Part shown: positions 9,797 through 23,902 of the stretch, piece after piece
Layout of the letters: the number at the start of each line of letters is the position of its first letter
Numbering within the stretch: the stretch's first letter is position 1
Assembly: GCA_052327205.1 (NCBI GenBank)
Contig: CM126217.1
Location: 84,196,001 to 84,260,000 of the forward strand
Length of the DNA stretch: 64,000 nucleotides
Reading direction: 5' to 3'
Source: Somniosus microcephalus
Taxonomy: Eukaryota
Program-made: the position numbers and the translations under genes
The notes under the pieces: model-generated
Told to the model about the DNA's origin: nothing
Database searches by the model: none
Seen by the model: the letters and a program-made list of their open reading frames with translations, nothing else

Positions 9797-10562
9797 AGAG
9801 TCATGAGTCATAGAGTTATACAGCACAGAAAGAGGCCCTTCGGCCCATCGTGTCTGCGCCGGCCATCAAGCCCTGTCTATTCTAATCCCATTTTCCAGCA
9901 CTTGGTCCATAGCCTTGTATGCTATGGCATTTCAAGTGCTCATCCAAATGCTTCTTGAATGTTGTGAGGGTTCCTGCCTCTACCACCCTTTCAGGCAGTG
10001 AGTTCCAGATTCCAACCACCCTCTGGGTGAAAAAGTTCTTCCTCAAATCCCCTCTAAACCTCCTGCCCCTTATCTTGAATCTATGCCCCCTTGTTATTGA
10101 CCCCTCTACTAAGGGAAAAAGTTCCTTACTATCTACCCTATCTATGCCCCTCATAATTTTGTACACCTCAATCAGGTCCCCCCTCAGCCTTCTCTGCTCC
10201 AAGGAAAACAACCCCAGCCTGTCCAGTCTTTCTTCACAGCTGAAGCGCTCCAGCCCAGGTAACATCCTGGTGAATCTTCTCTGCACCCTCTCCAAAGCAA
10301 TCACATCCTTCCTATAGTGTGGCGACCAGAACTGCACACAGTATTCCAGCTGTGGCCTAACCAGCGTTTTGTACAGCTCCATCATAACCTCCCTGCTCTT
10401 ATATTCTATGCCTCGGCTAATGAAGGCAAGTATCCCATATGCCTTTTTAACCACCTTATCCACCTGTTCTGCTGCCTTCAGGGATCTATGTACATGCACA
10501 CCAAGGTCCCTCTGATCCTCTGTCTTTCCTAGGGCCTTACCATTCATTGTGTATTCCCTTGT
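9797..10562 (-). mobile_element. 5'-truncated CR1/HER1-type LINE with open ORF2 C-terminus
   Basis: ORF 9882-10574 (QRDLGVHVH...LYKTLVRPQLEYCVQFWSPHYRKD...WNSLPERVVEA); short tandem-repeat tail at the 3' end. Confidence 0.93.
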
Positions 10563-11212
10563 CGAAATCGGCATTTAATGAGGTGATAATTGGCTCAAAA
10601 TGGGGTCGGTAGATGTATCGCAATATTACCGCCAAAGCTCATAGACACCGATATTTGTACAGGGAGCTATTGCTGGGTGGCCAGAGCACCCACCTGGTTC
10701 AGTTGGTAGGCCCTCTTTTAAGCCCTCTTTCATTCAGTAAGTGACAACATAACTATACCCATAGTGAGACCATCCAAGAAGCTATCAGTACTGGTTTACA
10801 ACACTTGGGGAGGGATGGGGAGGGTAATTTTAACCGCACCCGCCTGGCAGGGAGCTAACTAGATCGGCTCAGCTGCTAGTGTAACACCCTGTCCGATTTT
10901 TATTTTCCATTGACTTCAACAGAAAGTAAAATCGGGCTGGGTGTAAAACGGGTCCCATCAGTTTCCAGTCAAGTGGGTTAGGTTAACATTAGTGTTATGT
11001 CCGACATTGGGGATAGGTACTAGATTGCCTTGGCCTGAGCACATGAAGTTTGATAGTGCTGTTATCATTATATTATGTCTGACATTGGATATAGGTATTC
11101 GATTGCTTTTGCCTGTAAGAGTGTGGTTGCATCAGCCATTAAAAGCGACATGAGTTAAGTTCTACATACGGCCTCTGGATTATCTTTGCAAACGCAACAT
11201 TTGGCGACGAGG

Positions 11213-14200
11213 ATGGCTGAAATCTCTCTTCCACCAACTCCTCCCTTCCTTGCACTACCTGGTGAGCCCCCGATCCCATGGGTTCGCTGGTTACAGTCCT
11301 TTGAAACCTACCTCATCACTCTCGGACTAGAAAATGTGAGAACAGCACGGAAAAAGGCACTGTTATCCCATTGCTTGGGAGCGGAGGGCCAGCGTGTTCT
11401 TGGGACATTAGGCACAGCAGACTCAATTCAAACATATGATGTGGCTGTGGCTCTGTTAAGCACACACTTCTCTGCCCCACAAAGTGCCCTCCTGCGGCGA
11501 TTCATTTTTAGACAGCGTCACCAACTCCCCGGCGAGCCTGTGCATCAATACATGACTAATTTGAGGGGGTTAGCTAGCTCGTGCAAGTTCGGTGCACTAC
11601 AAGACGAGATGGTGCGTGATCAACTAATAGAGCACACCAACAACGTGAGAGTGCACGAAAGACTGTTACTCGAGTCCGACGATCTGTCGTTGTCACAGGC
11701 AGTTAACATTGCCTTTCAAGTGGAGTCTGCAGCCGAATGTGCAGTGAAACTAGCACACACACCCAGTGACAGTGCCCTCGGCCCCGACAGCTCTGACACA
11801 GTAATGCTCGCGCGACGGCAGCAACGCGCGCTACCGCGGCAACAGTGTGGAAACTGTGGATCTCGTTCACATGCTACCAGAGCGCAGAATTGCCCCGCAC
11901 GTGGCCAAGCCTGTCGCAATTGTGGAAAACAAAATCACTTTGCCAATGTCTGCCGCTCTGCCCCTGTTGCTACAAATGAACACTCTCAGTCCTCAAGCAC
12001 TATAATTCACAACGTGAGCTCTGGGCCAGTAGTGGCTTTCAAGTCATGCACAATTAACCTGAATGATGTGTGCATCCCTCTGTTGTTGGATACTGGTGCC
12101 AGCGTCTCACTGCTGAATGTGGACACATTCAAACATTTTTTCAGCTCCCTGCCACTCTCTGCGCCCTCCACTGCCCTTTGCGGGTATGGTAATTCGAAAA
12201 TTGGACTAGTGGGTTCAGTCAACTTCACTGTACGCTATGGAACAAAAGTTTTGCCAGATTTTTGTTTTCATGTGGCACGCCAAGGAGCTAACCTGATGGG
12301 ACTGGATCTTTTCACTGACCTGGGTTTTTCTCTCTTGGACACCGGCGGGTCTGCGATTCTGCACGTCACCTCACCGTGGCGCCAAACATGGCCAGCATTC
12401 TTCGAGGGTCTGGGCTGCCTGACTGCCTTCACCCACCAGCCCATGGTTGACTCCACCGTTACCCCTGTCATTCAGCCACTGCGCCGCATCCCGCTTGCTC
12501 TCCATGACAGGGTCACAGCTAAACTAAAGCAGCTACTGGAAGCTGGCATCATCGAACCAGTTGATGCCTCCCTATGGGTCTCCAACCTGGTGGTCGCAAA
12601 GAAAAAGTCAGGTGGTCTACGCATCTGTGTCGATCTTTGAGCAGTTAATAAGGCCGTAATCCCTGACAAATATCCACTGCCTACGTCAGAGGAACTCACA
12701 GCGCAGTTCTATGGTTCCGTCCTGTTCTCGAAACTGAACCTTCGACAGGGCTATCTACAGGTTCCCCTCCACCCCAGCAGCAGGGACCTCACTGCTTTTG
12801 TGACACATGCTGGCATCTTTCGGTACACCAGGATGCCATTTGGACTTAGCTCTGCACCCAGCTGCTTCCAAAAGGTGATGTCCTCTATGCTCGCGGGCAT
12901 TCCTGGGGTGGCCATCTACCTGGATGACATCGTCGTGCATGGGCCCTCGACCTCCACTCACGATGAACGCCTTCACAGAGTTTTCACGGCTCTAGCAAAA
13001 CACAAGCTCACACTGAATGGCGAAAAGTGTGTCTTTGCTGTTTCAGAGATCGAATTTGTGGGGTTTCGGTTGTCGGCTGACGGTATATCCCCACTCCAGT
13101 CAAACGTGGATGCCATTCACAGCATCCCAGAACCCAGCTCTGCAGCACAGGTTGCCTCCTTCCTTGGCATGACTGGGTACTACCTGAAGTTTTTGCCCCA
13201 GTACTCAGCCACCACAGCCCCACTGCGCCAGCTCCTGTGAAAGAATGAGCCCTGGGTGTGGTCACAAGCCTGTACGGAAGCTGTTCGCCTCCTCAAATTG
13301 CAGCTCACGTCGCCTCCAGTGTTGGCTCACTTTGATGTCGCCAGCCCCACCCTCGTCACCTGCGACGCGTCCGCTGCAGCTGTGGGGGCAGTGTTATCAC
13401 AGGTACAGAATGGAGTGGAGAAACCAATCGCCTTTGCCTCCCGAGCCCTTAGCCCCACGAACAGAAGTACTCAGCAGGCGAGCGTGAGGCGCTGGCGTGC
13501 GTCTGGGCATGTGAGCGGTGGCACCTGTACACGTATGGCCGTGCCTTCACCCTGCGAACCGATCACCAGGCTCTCACTGCCCTGCTGTCGACATCCGGCA
13601 TGGGCCACAGACCACTGCGTCTACACCGCTGGTCTGACCGCCTCCGCCAATACAATTTCAGTCTCCAGTTCACACCAGGATGTGACAATGTTGTTGCAGA
13701 TCTGCTCTCCCGCACTGTCTCTGCCCCAGCCCCACTCGTCGGGTTTGAACATGTGGAACAGGATATCGTCCAGATGCTGCACACGCCTCTCCAAACCACA
13801 GTCTCTCTCCAGGAGCTCATAGAGGCCTTTGAACAGGATCCGGCCCTCTCTCAGCTGTGCACCTTCATCAGAGATGGCTGGCCTCACAAGGTGCCTGAGG
13901 AACTGTCTGCCTACTCCAGAGTTAAAGAGGAGCTCTCCTGCTGGAATGACTCCTGTATTGCACGTGGGCTCTGCACTGTGGTCCCAAGTGCCCTTTGTGC
14001 GCGTGTTTTATCCATGGCACACGAGGGCCACTTGGGCATAGTGAAGCTCAAACAACGATGCCGAGACCTAGTGTGGTGGCCGGGTATCGACAGGGAAATC
14101 GAGCCCCTGGTCAAGGACTGTGCAGCCTGCCTTGTAAGTGGCAAGACTGGCCACCAAGCTCCTCCACCCCTGCAACCCCTTGCCTGGCCCTCTCAGCCCT

Positions 14201-15312
14201 GGAAGCACCTGCAATTGGACATCTGCGGGGAGATCCATGGTGTCCCCCACCATCAACGGTTCCTAGTGGTGACCTATGATCTGCACTCAAAATTGCCAGA
14301 GGTCACTGCCGTGGGCTCCGTCACCTCTCGGGTCATCATCGATATCCTTGAGTCCCTCTTCTCCCGCTGGGGGCATCCAAAGGCCATCACCACAGACAAT
14401 GGCCCCCAAATGGTCTCTTTGGAACTCTCCTCTTACCTTGAGAGCAAGGGCATCCATCACATACACACATACCACCCCAAGTCAAATGGGGGGGTGGAGC
14501 GTTTTAATCAGACACTGAAAAATGGCCTCCGAGCAAACCTATCCCAGGGGTGTGCGTTTGACAAGGCCCTCCTCCACACACTGCTGCACTACAGAGCCTC
14601 CCAGCATTCCACTACAGGGGTCTCACCCGCATCCCTCATGCTAGGCCATGAGCTCATGCTGCCCCTTGGTAGGCTCCGCCCCTCGCTAGCTCAGAGCCCT
14701 GCTCCACGGGCTCAAGCCACAGTCGCTAGACAGCAGGAGAAGATGAAACTCCGCTTCGACCAGTCGAAGAGGGCCAAGGCGCCCAACATCTCAGTCTCCG
14801 ATTGGGTCAGAGTCCGCAGGCCTCACCGCAACAATAAGATGGCCTCATTCTGGTCCTCCCCTCTCCAAATCAGCCGCCAACTTGGACCAACCACTTTCTG
14901 CCTCACTGACGGCTCTCGGTGGCATGCCAGCCGCCTTCGGAAGGTGCCAGCACCCCCTGATGCGGGATTACACGGATCTAATCCCCAAGCCTTACCCCCA
15001 GAGTGGCGGGATGCACATGTGGCTCAGCCAGCCAACCCTCAAGCAGATATTGTGCCTCAGCCAAAACCTCACCAGTCCCCACCTCGGCTTGCTCCTCCCC
15101 AGTCCCCACCTCGGCCTGTTCGTCACCAGTCCCCACCTCGGCCTGCTCCTCACCAGTCCCCACCTCGGCCTGCTCTTCACCAGTCCGCACCTCGGCCTGC
15201 TCCTCACCAGTCCCCACCTCGGCCTGCTCTTCACCAGTCCGCACCTCGGCCTGTTTGTACACGTTCTCGCCCTGGCCACCTACAGGACTTTGTCACCACA
15301 TTTCATGTTTGA
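11213..15312 (+). pseudogene. gag-pol of element 2 (2xCCHC, PR, RT YLDD, RNase H, integrase) with stops and frameshifts
   Basis: ORF pieces 11186-12640, 12800-13240, 13256-, 13600-15312; motifs LDTGA, YLDD, CDAS, HEGH..C..C, TDNG, VERF. Confidence 0.93.
15067..15252 (+). repeat. 30-bp tandem repeat, about 6 copies, encoding a Pro-rich (HQSPPRPAP-like) integrase tail
   Basis: Repeated CCTCACCAGTCCCCACCTCGGCCTGCT-type units. Confidence 0.9.
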
Positions 15313-15848
15313 AATTCTGTGAGGGGGGAGGAAATGTTTTGTCTGACATTGGGGATAGGTACTCGATTGCCTTGGCCTGAGCACATGAAGTTTGATAGTG
15401 CTGTTATCGTTATATTATGTCTGACATTGGATATAGGTATTCGATTGCTTTTGCCTGTAAGAGTGTGGTTGCATCAGCCATTAAAAGCGACATGAGTTGA
15501 GTTCTACATACGGCCTCTGGATTATCTTTGCAAACGCAACAATTAGGCCTTTGGAATCGATCAACCTCCTTATAAAGGAACACCTTCATTAAGCTGATCT
15601 ATTGAGGAATGAGGTTGAATAGTAGAAGTGACATTCTATTTAAATATTCATTTGAGTTTTGGTCCAGGAAGAATGCAAAACCTTTTACTTTGATTTTTTT
15701 TTTCCCTGTAAAAATCAGTTAAGTAATTTAGGCATCATTGAGGATATGGGATAACCATCAAACTGAGCCCCGATTTAAGCTCAGAGTTTTGATTGTTTAA
15801 TTTGTTTTGGTTCAGTGTATATTTTAATTAGGTAACAGAGTGCGGGCA

Positions 15849-18800
15849 TGTAGTGTATGTACCTTGAAGAAGGAACTATATTCTGCAGCCCCTGTATACT
15901 GCAATACCAGTAGTGACCACCCCGGTATATAAGCCTGTATAGTAGTTCCAGTTTTGTCTCCATTCAGTAAACAACTGTTATAACCAACTTCTGCAGTCCG
16001 TGTCTCAATTACACACGGACGTTACACTGGCGACGAACAGGTCCGAACTTACCTACAGTTCTGCATCACCTCACGGGGATCCATCTCTGAAGCGAAGTTG
16101 TTAGGGGTCGAGGCCAGAAGGAAGAAATCCAAAAAAGAAAAAAAAAACAAACAGAAGAAACGGGTGTCGACCGTGGGCAACCGCCCTCTGATTCATCAAA
16201 TTCGAAGATTTGCAGGAGAGGCTGTCGAGAGCTGGGCTTGGTTATCCAGTCTATGGTGTTCCAGCTAATCGGGCTGGTGGCAGGTAGTACACCGATCCTT
16301 CCTGGGCTGCGGCTGGCTAGAGCTCGATCGGGTGGCTTTTCAACGGGGCCGAGCAGCGTTGTCGGGAAGAGGAGAGAGAGAGAGAGAGGGTGGAGCACAC
16401 AGGGCGCGGCCGGTGCTACGAAGCCAGGCAGCGTACAGACCCGAGAAGAGGGAGGAAAGTGTCCCATAGGGTCTGCTCCGACGACGGGAACAGTAATTAA
16501 AATAAGAGAAATTAGAAGCGCAGAAAGCCGCGAGGAGCTGCAGTTTGCCACGGGGACCGCGGAGAACGGCGTTGGCAGCAGCGCGGGGGGGAAGTGCGCG
16601 AAGACCATAGGGCGTCGCCATCAAGGCATAAAAATGCCAGCAACAGCGCTAGCAGCAGTGGAAAAGACAGAAAGCGCGGGAGGCGCCATCTTAATCCAGC
16701 GGGGAAGAAGGCAAAGCGCGGGAGGTGCCATTTTGTTCAATCGGGGAAGAAGGCAAAGCGCGGGAGGCGACATCTTAGATCTCCAAGATGCCGAAGACTG
16801 GCAATATCACTGCCTTCGATAATGCAATAGAAGACTGGACCACGTATGTGGAAAGAGTCGAAGTATATTGCAAGGCAAATGAAGTAGCCGATGAGAAAAA
16901 GGCATCGGTACTACTAAACTTAATGGGCGCAAGAACGTACGGCCTATTGCGGAACCTGATCACTCCAGTCAAACCGATGGCGAAGAGTTTTAATGAAATT
17001 GTTGATATCCTACAGGAACACCTAAATCCTACAACGCTGCTGATAGCAGAAAGATTTAAATTCCACAAGAGAAATCAGCATAAAGATGAGAGCAATGCTG
17101 ATTACCTTATGGAACTACGCAAGCTATCAAAGCACTGCCAGTTCGGAGCAGGCCTGGCAGATACCCTACGGGACAAATTTGTCTGTGGACTCCTGAGTGA
17201 AGGAACCCAAAAGAGGTTACTCTAGATAAGGCTTTCAGCGTGGCAGTATCGTACGAAGCAGCAGCAAGGGGAGCTGCGGAAATACAGCAAAAGCCACAGG
17301 AATACGGCACCCATGAAATGACACGGGGATTTGAAAAATGTTATCGCTGCGGCAGAACAACCCATGACCAGAAGGACTGCTGGTCCAAGGAAAAAACATG
17401 CAGGCAATGCGGAAAGATGGGACACATTGCACGAGTTTGCAGGTCCGGGAAGAAGACTAACGACAACAAAAAGACTACTAAGGAAAAGTACAGGAAAGTA
17501 CAAAAGATGACGGACAGTAGTTCCGAAGACCAGAAGAGCGATAGTGAATCCGGGAACAAGAGACTAAGCTGTCTCAAACTACACAACGTAATCACAAAAG
17601 AGGATCACCGAACCATTTGGGTCACCCTCACGATAGCAGGGTCCCAAGTCAAAATGGAATTGGATACAGGATCAGCCCTGACTGTCATGGATCGACGAGA
17701 CTACGAGCGGCTATTCTCACACATACCCTTGAAAGACACATCCATTGTCTTGAAGACATATACGGGGCAGAAAGTATACCCCAGAGGGAAAATAAGGGTG
17801 CCTGTCGAATACAACGGCAAGGAAATACAGAAATTGTATCTGTACATACTGCAAGATGGTGGACCACCGTTATTGGGATGTGAATGGATCAGAAAGATAA
17901 GTTTAGACTGGCACTTCATTCAGGCACTGACGGTGGCTGGTAAAAAGGATGACGATGTCACACCTGGACGATTGTCAAAAATCTTGGCTAACACTAAAGA
18001 GGTATTTCAACAAGAACTGGGAACTCTTAAAGGCGTAAATGCCTCAATAAAAATAGAAGAGAATGCAATTCCTAAGTTTTTCAAAGCAAGACCGGTACCG
18101 TATGCAATTCGCCCAGCCGTCGAGGCAGAGCTGGAGAATCTGGAGAATGCAGGTGTGTTAAGTAAGGTAGACTGGAGCAAGTGGGCGACACCCATTGTTC
18201 CTGTCATGAAGAAAACGTTAAACAATAAGTCTGAGGAGCCAAGGAAGGTTCGCATCTGTGGGGACTTCAAGGTGACTGTGAACCCAGTCCTTCACACAGT
18301 ACAGTGTCCTCTTCCGAGGATAGAAGATATTTTCGCCTCACTATCTGGAGGGAAACGTTTTACAAAAATTGACCTAGCGCAAGCATATTTGCAGATGGAG
18401 GTTGAAGAATCCTCTAGGAAATATCTCACGATAAACACTCACAAAGGTCTTTACCAGTATAATCGACTGGTATTCGGAGTTGCATCAGCTCCGGCTATAT
18501 GGCAAAGAGCGATGGAACAAGGCCTGCAAGGGATTCCGGGGACTCAGTGTTACTTGGACGACATCCTAGTGACGGGTGAAAATGACAGTGAACACCTTGC
18601 CAACCTAGAGCAGGTGCTCACTAGACTAAGAGAACATGGGCTACGAGCCAATCGCCCCAAGTGCGAGTTTTTTAAGAAACAAATATCGTATTGTGGCCAC
18701 GTGATTGATGAAGAGTGGTTACATAAGTCCCCTGACAAAATTGAAGCGGTAGTTAAGGCTCCAGCGCCTGAAAATGTGTCGCAACTGAGGTCATTCCTCG

Positions 18801-21016
18801 GATTGGTGAATTACTACCATAAGTTTTTGCCGAATTTGTCCACAATTCTGCACCCACTGAACGCCCTGCTACAAACTGGAGTAGCATGGAAATGGAGCGA
18901 TGAATGTAAGCGGGCCTTTCAGAAGTGTAAAGGCCTGATCACTTCAAGACAAATATTGGCTCACTACAACCCATCACTACCGATAAGACTGGCGTGTGAT
19001 GCGTCTTCCTACGGCGTTGGAGCGGTACTGTCACATAAATCCCTTGATGGTTCAGAGAGGCCGATAGCTTTTGCGTCATGCTCGTTAACTGCAGCGGAGC
19101 GTAACTACACCCAGATTGACAGAGAGGTCCTCAGCCTGGTGTGGGGGGTGAAGAAGTTCAATCACTACCTGCACGGACAGAAATTTACTCTACTAACTGA
19201 TCATCAACCTCTTGTCTCCATTTTCAACCCTAAGAAGGGCGTCCCGATAATGACCGCACAACGGCTACAGAGGTGGTCCCTTTTCCTAGGGGCACACCAA
19301 TATGACATCGAGTACAAAGGAACTAAACAGCATGGGAATGCTGATGGATTGTCGCGCCTACCGTTGCCGACGGTGGAAGAAGCACCTGCAGTGGATCCTG
19401 TGGAGATATTCTACTCGACCATAGTCGAATGTCTACCTGTGATGAATGCAAACATAGAAAAGGAAACACGAAATGACCCGACACTCTCCAGGGTCTATGA
19501 TTTAACGGTGAAGGGATGGCCAGCACATGGCGAACCACTGTTGCCAGCATTCTCGCCGAGAAGAGAACAGCTGTCAGTGTGCCGAGGAACCATGATGTGT
19601 GGATCCAGAGTAGTAATTCCGCCCAAATTGAAGGATAGAGTGCTCAATGAGCTTCATGAGGGTCATCTGGGAGGGGTAAAAATGAAGAACTTAGCCAGAG
19701 CGTTTGTGTGGTGGCCGGGAATCGATAGAGAAATCGAAGAGATGACCAAGAGCTGTACAGGATGCCAGAAGGTCCAAAACGCCCCACCACAAGCCCCTCT
19801 ACATCCATGGGAGTGGCCCTCATCTCCATGGCAAAGGGTACACATTGATTTTGCTGGTCCATTTATGGACTCAATGTTTTTAATTGCGGTGGATGCACAT
19901 TTAAAGTGGCCAGAGGTAATAAAAATGTCCTCAACCACCACAGAAAAAACTATCACAGTCTTACGAACCATATTCGCCAGAAATGGGCTGCCTGAACAGA
20001 TTTGCTCCGACAATGGACCACAGTTTGTGTCTGAAGAGTTCTGGAGGTTCTTAAAGAACAATGGTGTTAAGCATTACACATCCGCCCCATATCATCCAGC
20101 CACCAGTGGATTGGCCGAGAGGTTCGTTCAAACATTCAAGAAGGCTATCAAGGCAATGTGTAATGAAGACATACCCCTACAACACAAGGTGGATAACTTC
20201 TTGTTTGCCTACCGGAATGCGACACATGCGGTTACCAACCAAATTCCAGCCATGATGTTCTTCAATCGAAGACTAAGATGCCGCTTGGATTTGGTTAAGC
20301 CAAACATCAGAAGAGATGTGGAGAACAGGCAGTTTCAGAATATGAATGAAAGGCCAACCAGGAGTTTTAAGATAGGTCAACCAGTTTTGGCCCGGGACTA
20401 CCGCACAGAGAAATGGCAGCCAGGAACGATCTGCACACGGCAAGGACCTCTAATGTATACCGTGGACGTTGGAGAGAGCATTGTAAGACGCCATGCTGAC
20501 CAGATTCTAGAGTCACTGGAAAACGTCAAATCTTCACCATGATCCTATACACCTGGTGATGAAACCGAAGTACCAATTACATCTACCTCAGAATCGGTGA
20601 TATTGGAAGCAGACGAACCAAACAACGACGTTGATCCTGAATCAACTTTGCCAGAAGAACCTGATACCCCAAAGAGGCGTTATCCGGACAGAATCAGGAA
20701 GCCTCCTCAAAGACTGAATTTATAATTGATTAACTTCAGCTAATGTATATCGCAACCGTAATTGTAAATATGTTATTTAATTATTAATCGAATGTTATGT
20801 ACTGTTTAGCTAAAAGGGGAGGAATTGTAGTGTATGTACCTTGAAGAAGGAACTATATTCTGCAGCCCCTGTATACTGCAGTACCAGTAGTGACCACCCC
20901 TGTATATAAGCCTGTGTAGTAACTTTGTATAGTAGTTCCAGTTTTGTCTCCATTCAGTAAACACCTGTTATAACCAACTTCTGCAGTCCGTGTCTCAATT
21001 ACACACGGACGTTACA
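15849..21016 (+). mobile_element. Full-length Ty3/Gypsy (Mag-like) LTR retrotransposon (element 3), related to element 1
   Basis: LTRs 15849-16026 and 20826-21016 (13-bp indel plus a few substitutions); TSD GGGCA; PBS TGGCGACGA at 16028; PPT before 20826. Confidence 0.97.
16788..20725 (+). pseudogene. gag-pol of element 3; frameshifting deletion at about 17222, then 1100-aa open NC-PR-RT-RH-IN, then a late stop at 20540-20542
   Basis: LDTGS, YLDD, ACDAS, HEGH/C..C, D-D-E (HIDF, SDNG, AERF); tail ...RKPPQRLNL*. Confidence 0.93.
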
Positions 21017-22204
21017 GGGCACAGGGAACTATTATAAGTGTAATGGTATCTCGTGGTTTCTAGGAGGAAAGAAAGTCGAGAGGATTTGTGCTGGGTGACC
21101 TAGGGGCAAGACTAAAGTCATCATGAGGCCTAATACATCAACAACCCTGGTTCATCAGGCAACAGTTAATTTTACATTTGATCTTCTCCATACCACAGAC
21201 AGATCTTGGTATGAAAATTACATTGGCTGCTCTTTGCAAATGTTCAGCAGTGCTCTTTCTCAAGTTACAATTTCAATTAGTCCACACAAAAGCAGGTGCC
21301 TGTGCTACGTTTCCACATACTTGGATATAATGCAGTTTTCATACACAAGGTCATGATGATTATTAAGAAGCCGTTGTGCTCATACTATCTTCTAGATATG
21401 AGTTACTTACTTAAAGACTATTATTTACTAGTTTCAATGCTTTTTGTTGTTGGAACCCTATTCATGCAATGGTTTCATCAGCAGCACCATAGCTACGGAA
21501 ACCATAACAGCAAGGTGCAAAAGATCTCTATAATAATCAAACCAAGTGTTGATTCTTGGAAACCTTTTGTGAAGACTGTTTTGAATCTAATATATTTTAT
21601 AAACAGCTGGCTGTGGGAAACTGAAAATACCAATTTAGCTCCGAAAGCAATGAGCATGAAGCCCAGCATGTGCACAGTGGTGCCTTTGTTTATAGGTGGT
21701 AAATGATGTGATTGTCACTCGCCAGAGGAATCTTGGGGGTCCAAGCCTTGGGGGTTCATTCAACTCTGGTTCATTCAACTCTGAACACAATTTACTCTCT
21801 GTTACTTGGAAGATAAGAATACTGTTACATACTCCAAACGTTCTTTTAATATAAACTCTTCAGTTAATCCTGTTGGTTGCAATTTTGGCCCATTGCTTCT
21901 GCCTTCATGAAGGAATTAAACATTTTTGACTTTGTAACTAATAGCATTGGGCATTCCCAGGGTTGATGTGGCGAGTTTAAATTCAGTGAAGCAGCTTTTC
22001 CTCCACCACTCATGATCTCCATATGAATGAGAAAGCTACGATTATCTCCATTCCAAAGCATGGTCATATCTAGTGGAAATGGCCTGGTCTTGATCAGCAA
22101 GAGACGTTGGGATAAAAGGATTTAGCTGAACTATTTAGGGGACTGTTAAAGTGTAGAATTGTTCTGTTTTATTTTAGAAACTTGCACTTTCTGTCAGATT
22201 TTTT

Positions 22205-23210
22205 TTTTAATTCATTGATGGGATGTGGGCATCGCTGGCTAGGCCTGCATTTAGTGCCCATCCCTAATTGCCCTTGAGAAGATGGTGGTGAGCCGCCTTC
22301 TTGAACAGTTGCAGTCCATATGGTGTAGGTACATCCACAATGCTGTTAGGAAGAGAGTTCCAGGATTTTGGCCCAGCGACAGTGAAGGAACGGCGATACA
22401 GGTCCAAGTCAGGATGGTGTGTGGCTTGGAGGGGAACTTGTAGGTGGTGATGTTCCCATGCGTCTGCTGCCCTTGTCCTTCTAAGTGGTAGAGGTCGCGG
22501 GTTTGGAAGGTGCTGTTGAAGCAGCTTTGGCGAGTTGCTGCAGTGCATCTTGTAGATGGTACACACTGCAGCCACAGTGCGCCGGTGGTGGAGGGAGTGA
22601 ATGTTGAAGGTGGTGGATGGAGTGCCAATCAAGCGGGCTGCTTTATCTTGAATGGTGTCGAGCTTCTTGAGTGTTGTTGGAGCTGCACTCATCCAGCCAA
22701 GTGGAGAGTATTCCATCACACTCCTGACTTGTGCCTTGTAGATGGTGGAAAGGCTTTGGGGAGACAGGAGGTGAGACACTCGCCACAGAATTCCCAGCCT
22801 CTGGCCTGCTCTTGTAGCCACAGTATTTATATGGCTGGTCCAGTTCAGTTTCTGATCAATGGTAACCCCCAGGATGTTGATAGTGGAGGATTCAGCGATG
22901 GTAATGTCATTGAATGTCAAGGGGAGATGGTTAGAGTCTCGCTTGTTGGAGATGGTCATTGCCTGGCACGTGTTTGGTGCGAATGTTACTTGCCATTTGT
23001 CAGCCCAAGTCTGAATGTTGTCCAGGTCTTGCTGCATATGGACACGGACTGCGTCAGTATCTGACAAGTCTCGAATGGTGCTGAACAGTGTGCAATCGTC
23101 AGCGAACATCCCCACTTCTGACCTTATGATGGAGGGGAGGTCATTGATGAAACAGCTGAAGATGGTTGGGCCCAGGACCCTGCCCTGAGGAACTCCTGCA
23201 GTGATGTCAT
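22205..23210 (-). mobile_element. 5'-truncated CR1/L2-group LINE (RT C-terminus, FADD)
   Basis: ORF 22264-23115 MFADDCTL...WADKWQVTF...YKAQVRSVMEYS; poly-T on the + strand marks the 3' tail; same family as 44825-46345. Confidence 0.88.
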
Positions 23211-23902
23211 GTGATCTTTTGACTGTTCCAGTAAAAGTATAGATATAGTACTGGCGTGAATCTTAATCAGACCGAGACGTACATACTGGGGGGAATTTTA
23301 ACATTCCCGGCTTGGCAGGAATTGAGTGGGCGAACAATTAAAGCGAAACGACTGAATTTCCCACCGATTCGGATTTCAACACCACTGGTTTGGCTGCAGA
23401 TGAGCTGCCCGCCGGACCCAGGTGGGTGCTCGTGTATTAATGCAGATCGGGGACCCGTAACATCAATGGGACATCGATTGCATTTTAACCTGGGCCTGAG
23501 ATATGCCTTTGATACATCTTTTTGCCACTGGGAAGGAAGGATAGCCACATGCAAGGAACACAGTAACATGCTTTTGTGAAGGAATAAGCCATATTTCAGA
23601 AAAATACACCATCTTATGAAAATTCTGATATTATTAAAACATGAGAAACTGGGTTTAAAAATCTAAAAAACCTCAGAGACACAAGCTGTAAACAGAAATA
23701 CAGGCTTCTGAGATAAAGATCACTTGTTATCAAAGTTGTAAAAACCGCAAGCTTTTGAAATGGGAATGGGTTATTGACCAAGAAACAATGGCCCTATTGA
23801 AATAGCAGTTTGGCGCTTCCAAAAGGTCTGGAGTTTGGGAGAAACACAATGGAATGACCCAAGAAAAGTATTAAAAACCAACACGTTGAACAGAAACACA
23901 GA

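Larger units (their letters stand above)
10993..15541 (+). mobile_element. Full-length Ty3/Gypsy (Mag-like) LTR retrotransposon, decayed (element 2)
   Basis: 207-bp LTRs at 10993-11199 and 15335-15541 (5 substitutions counted); TSD ATTAG; 15-nt PBS TGGCGACGAGGATGG at 11202-11216; PPT at 15321-15334. Confidence 0.97.

Noticed and set aside
9919-10317. Antisense ORFs over LINE and pol sequences (many in the window)
   Set aside because: Shadow frames of retroelement coding sequence.
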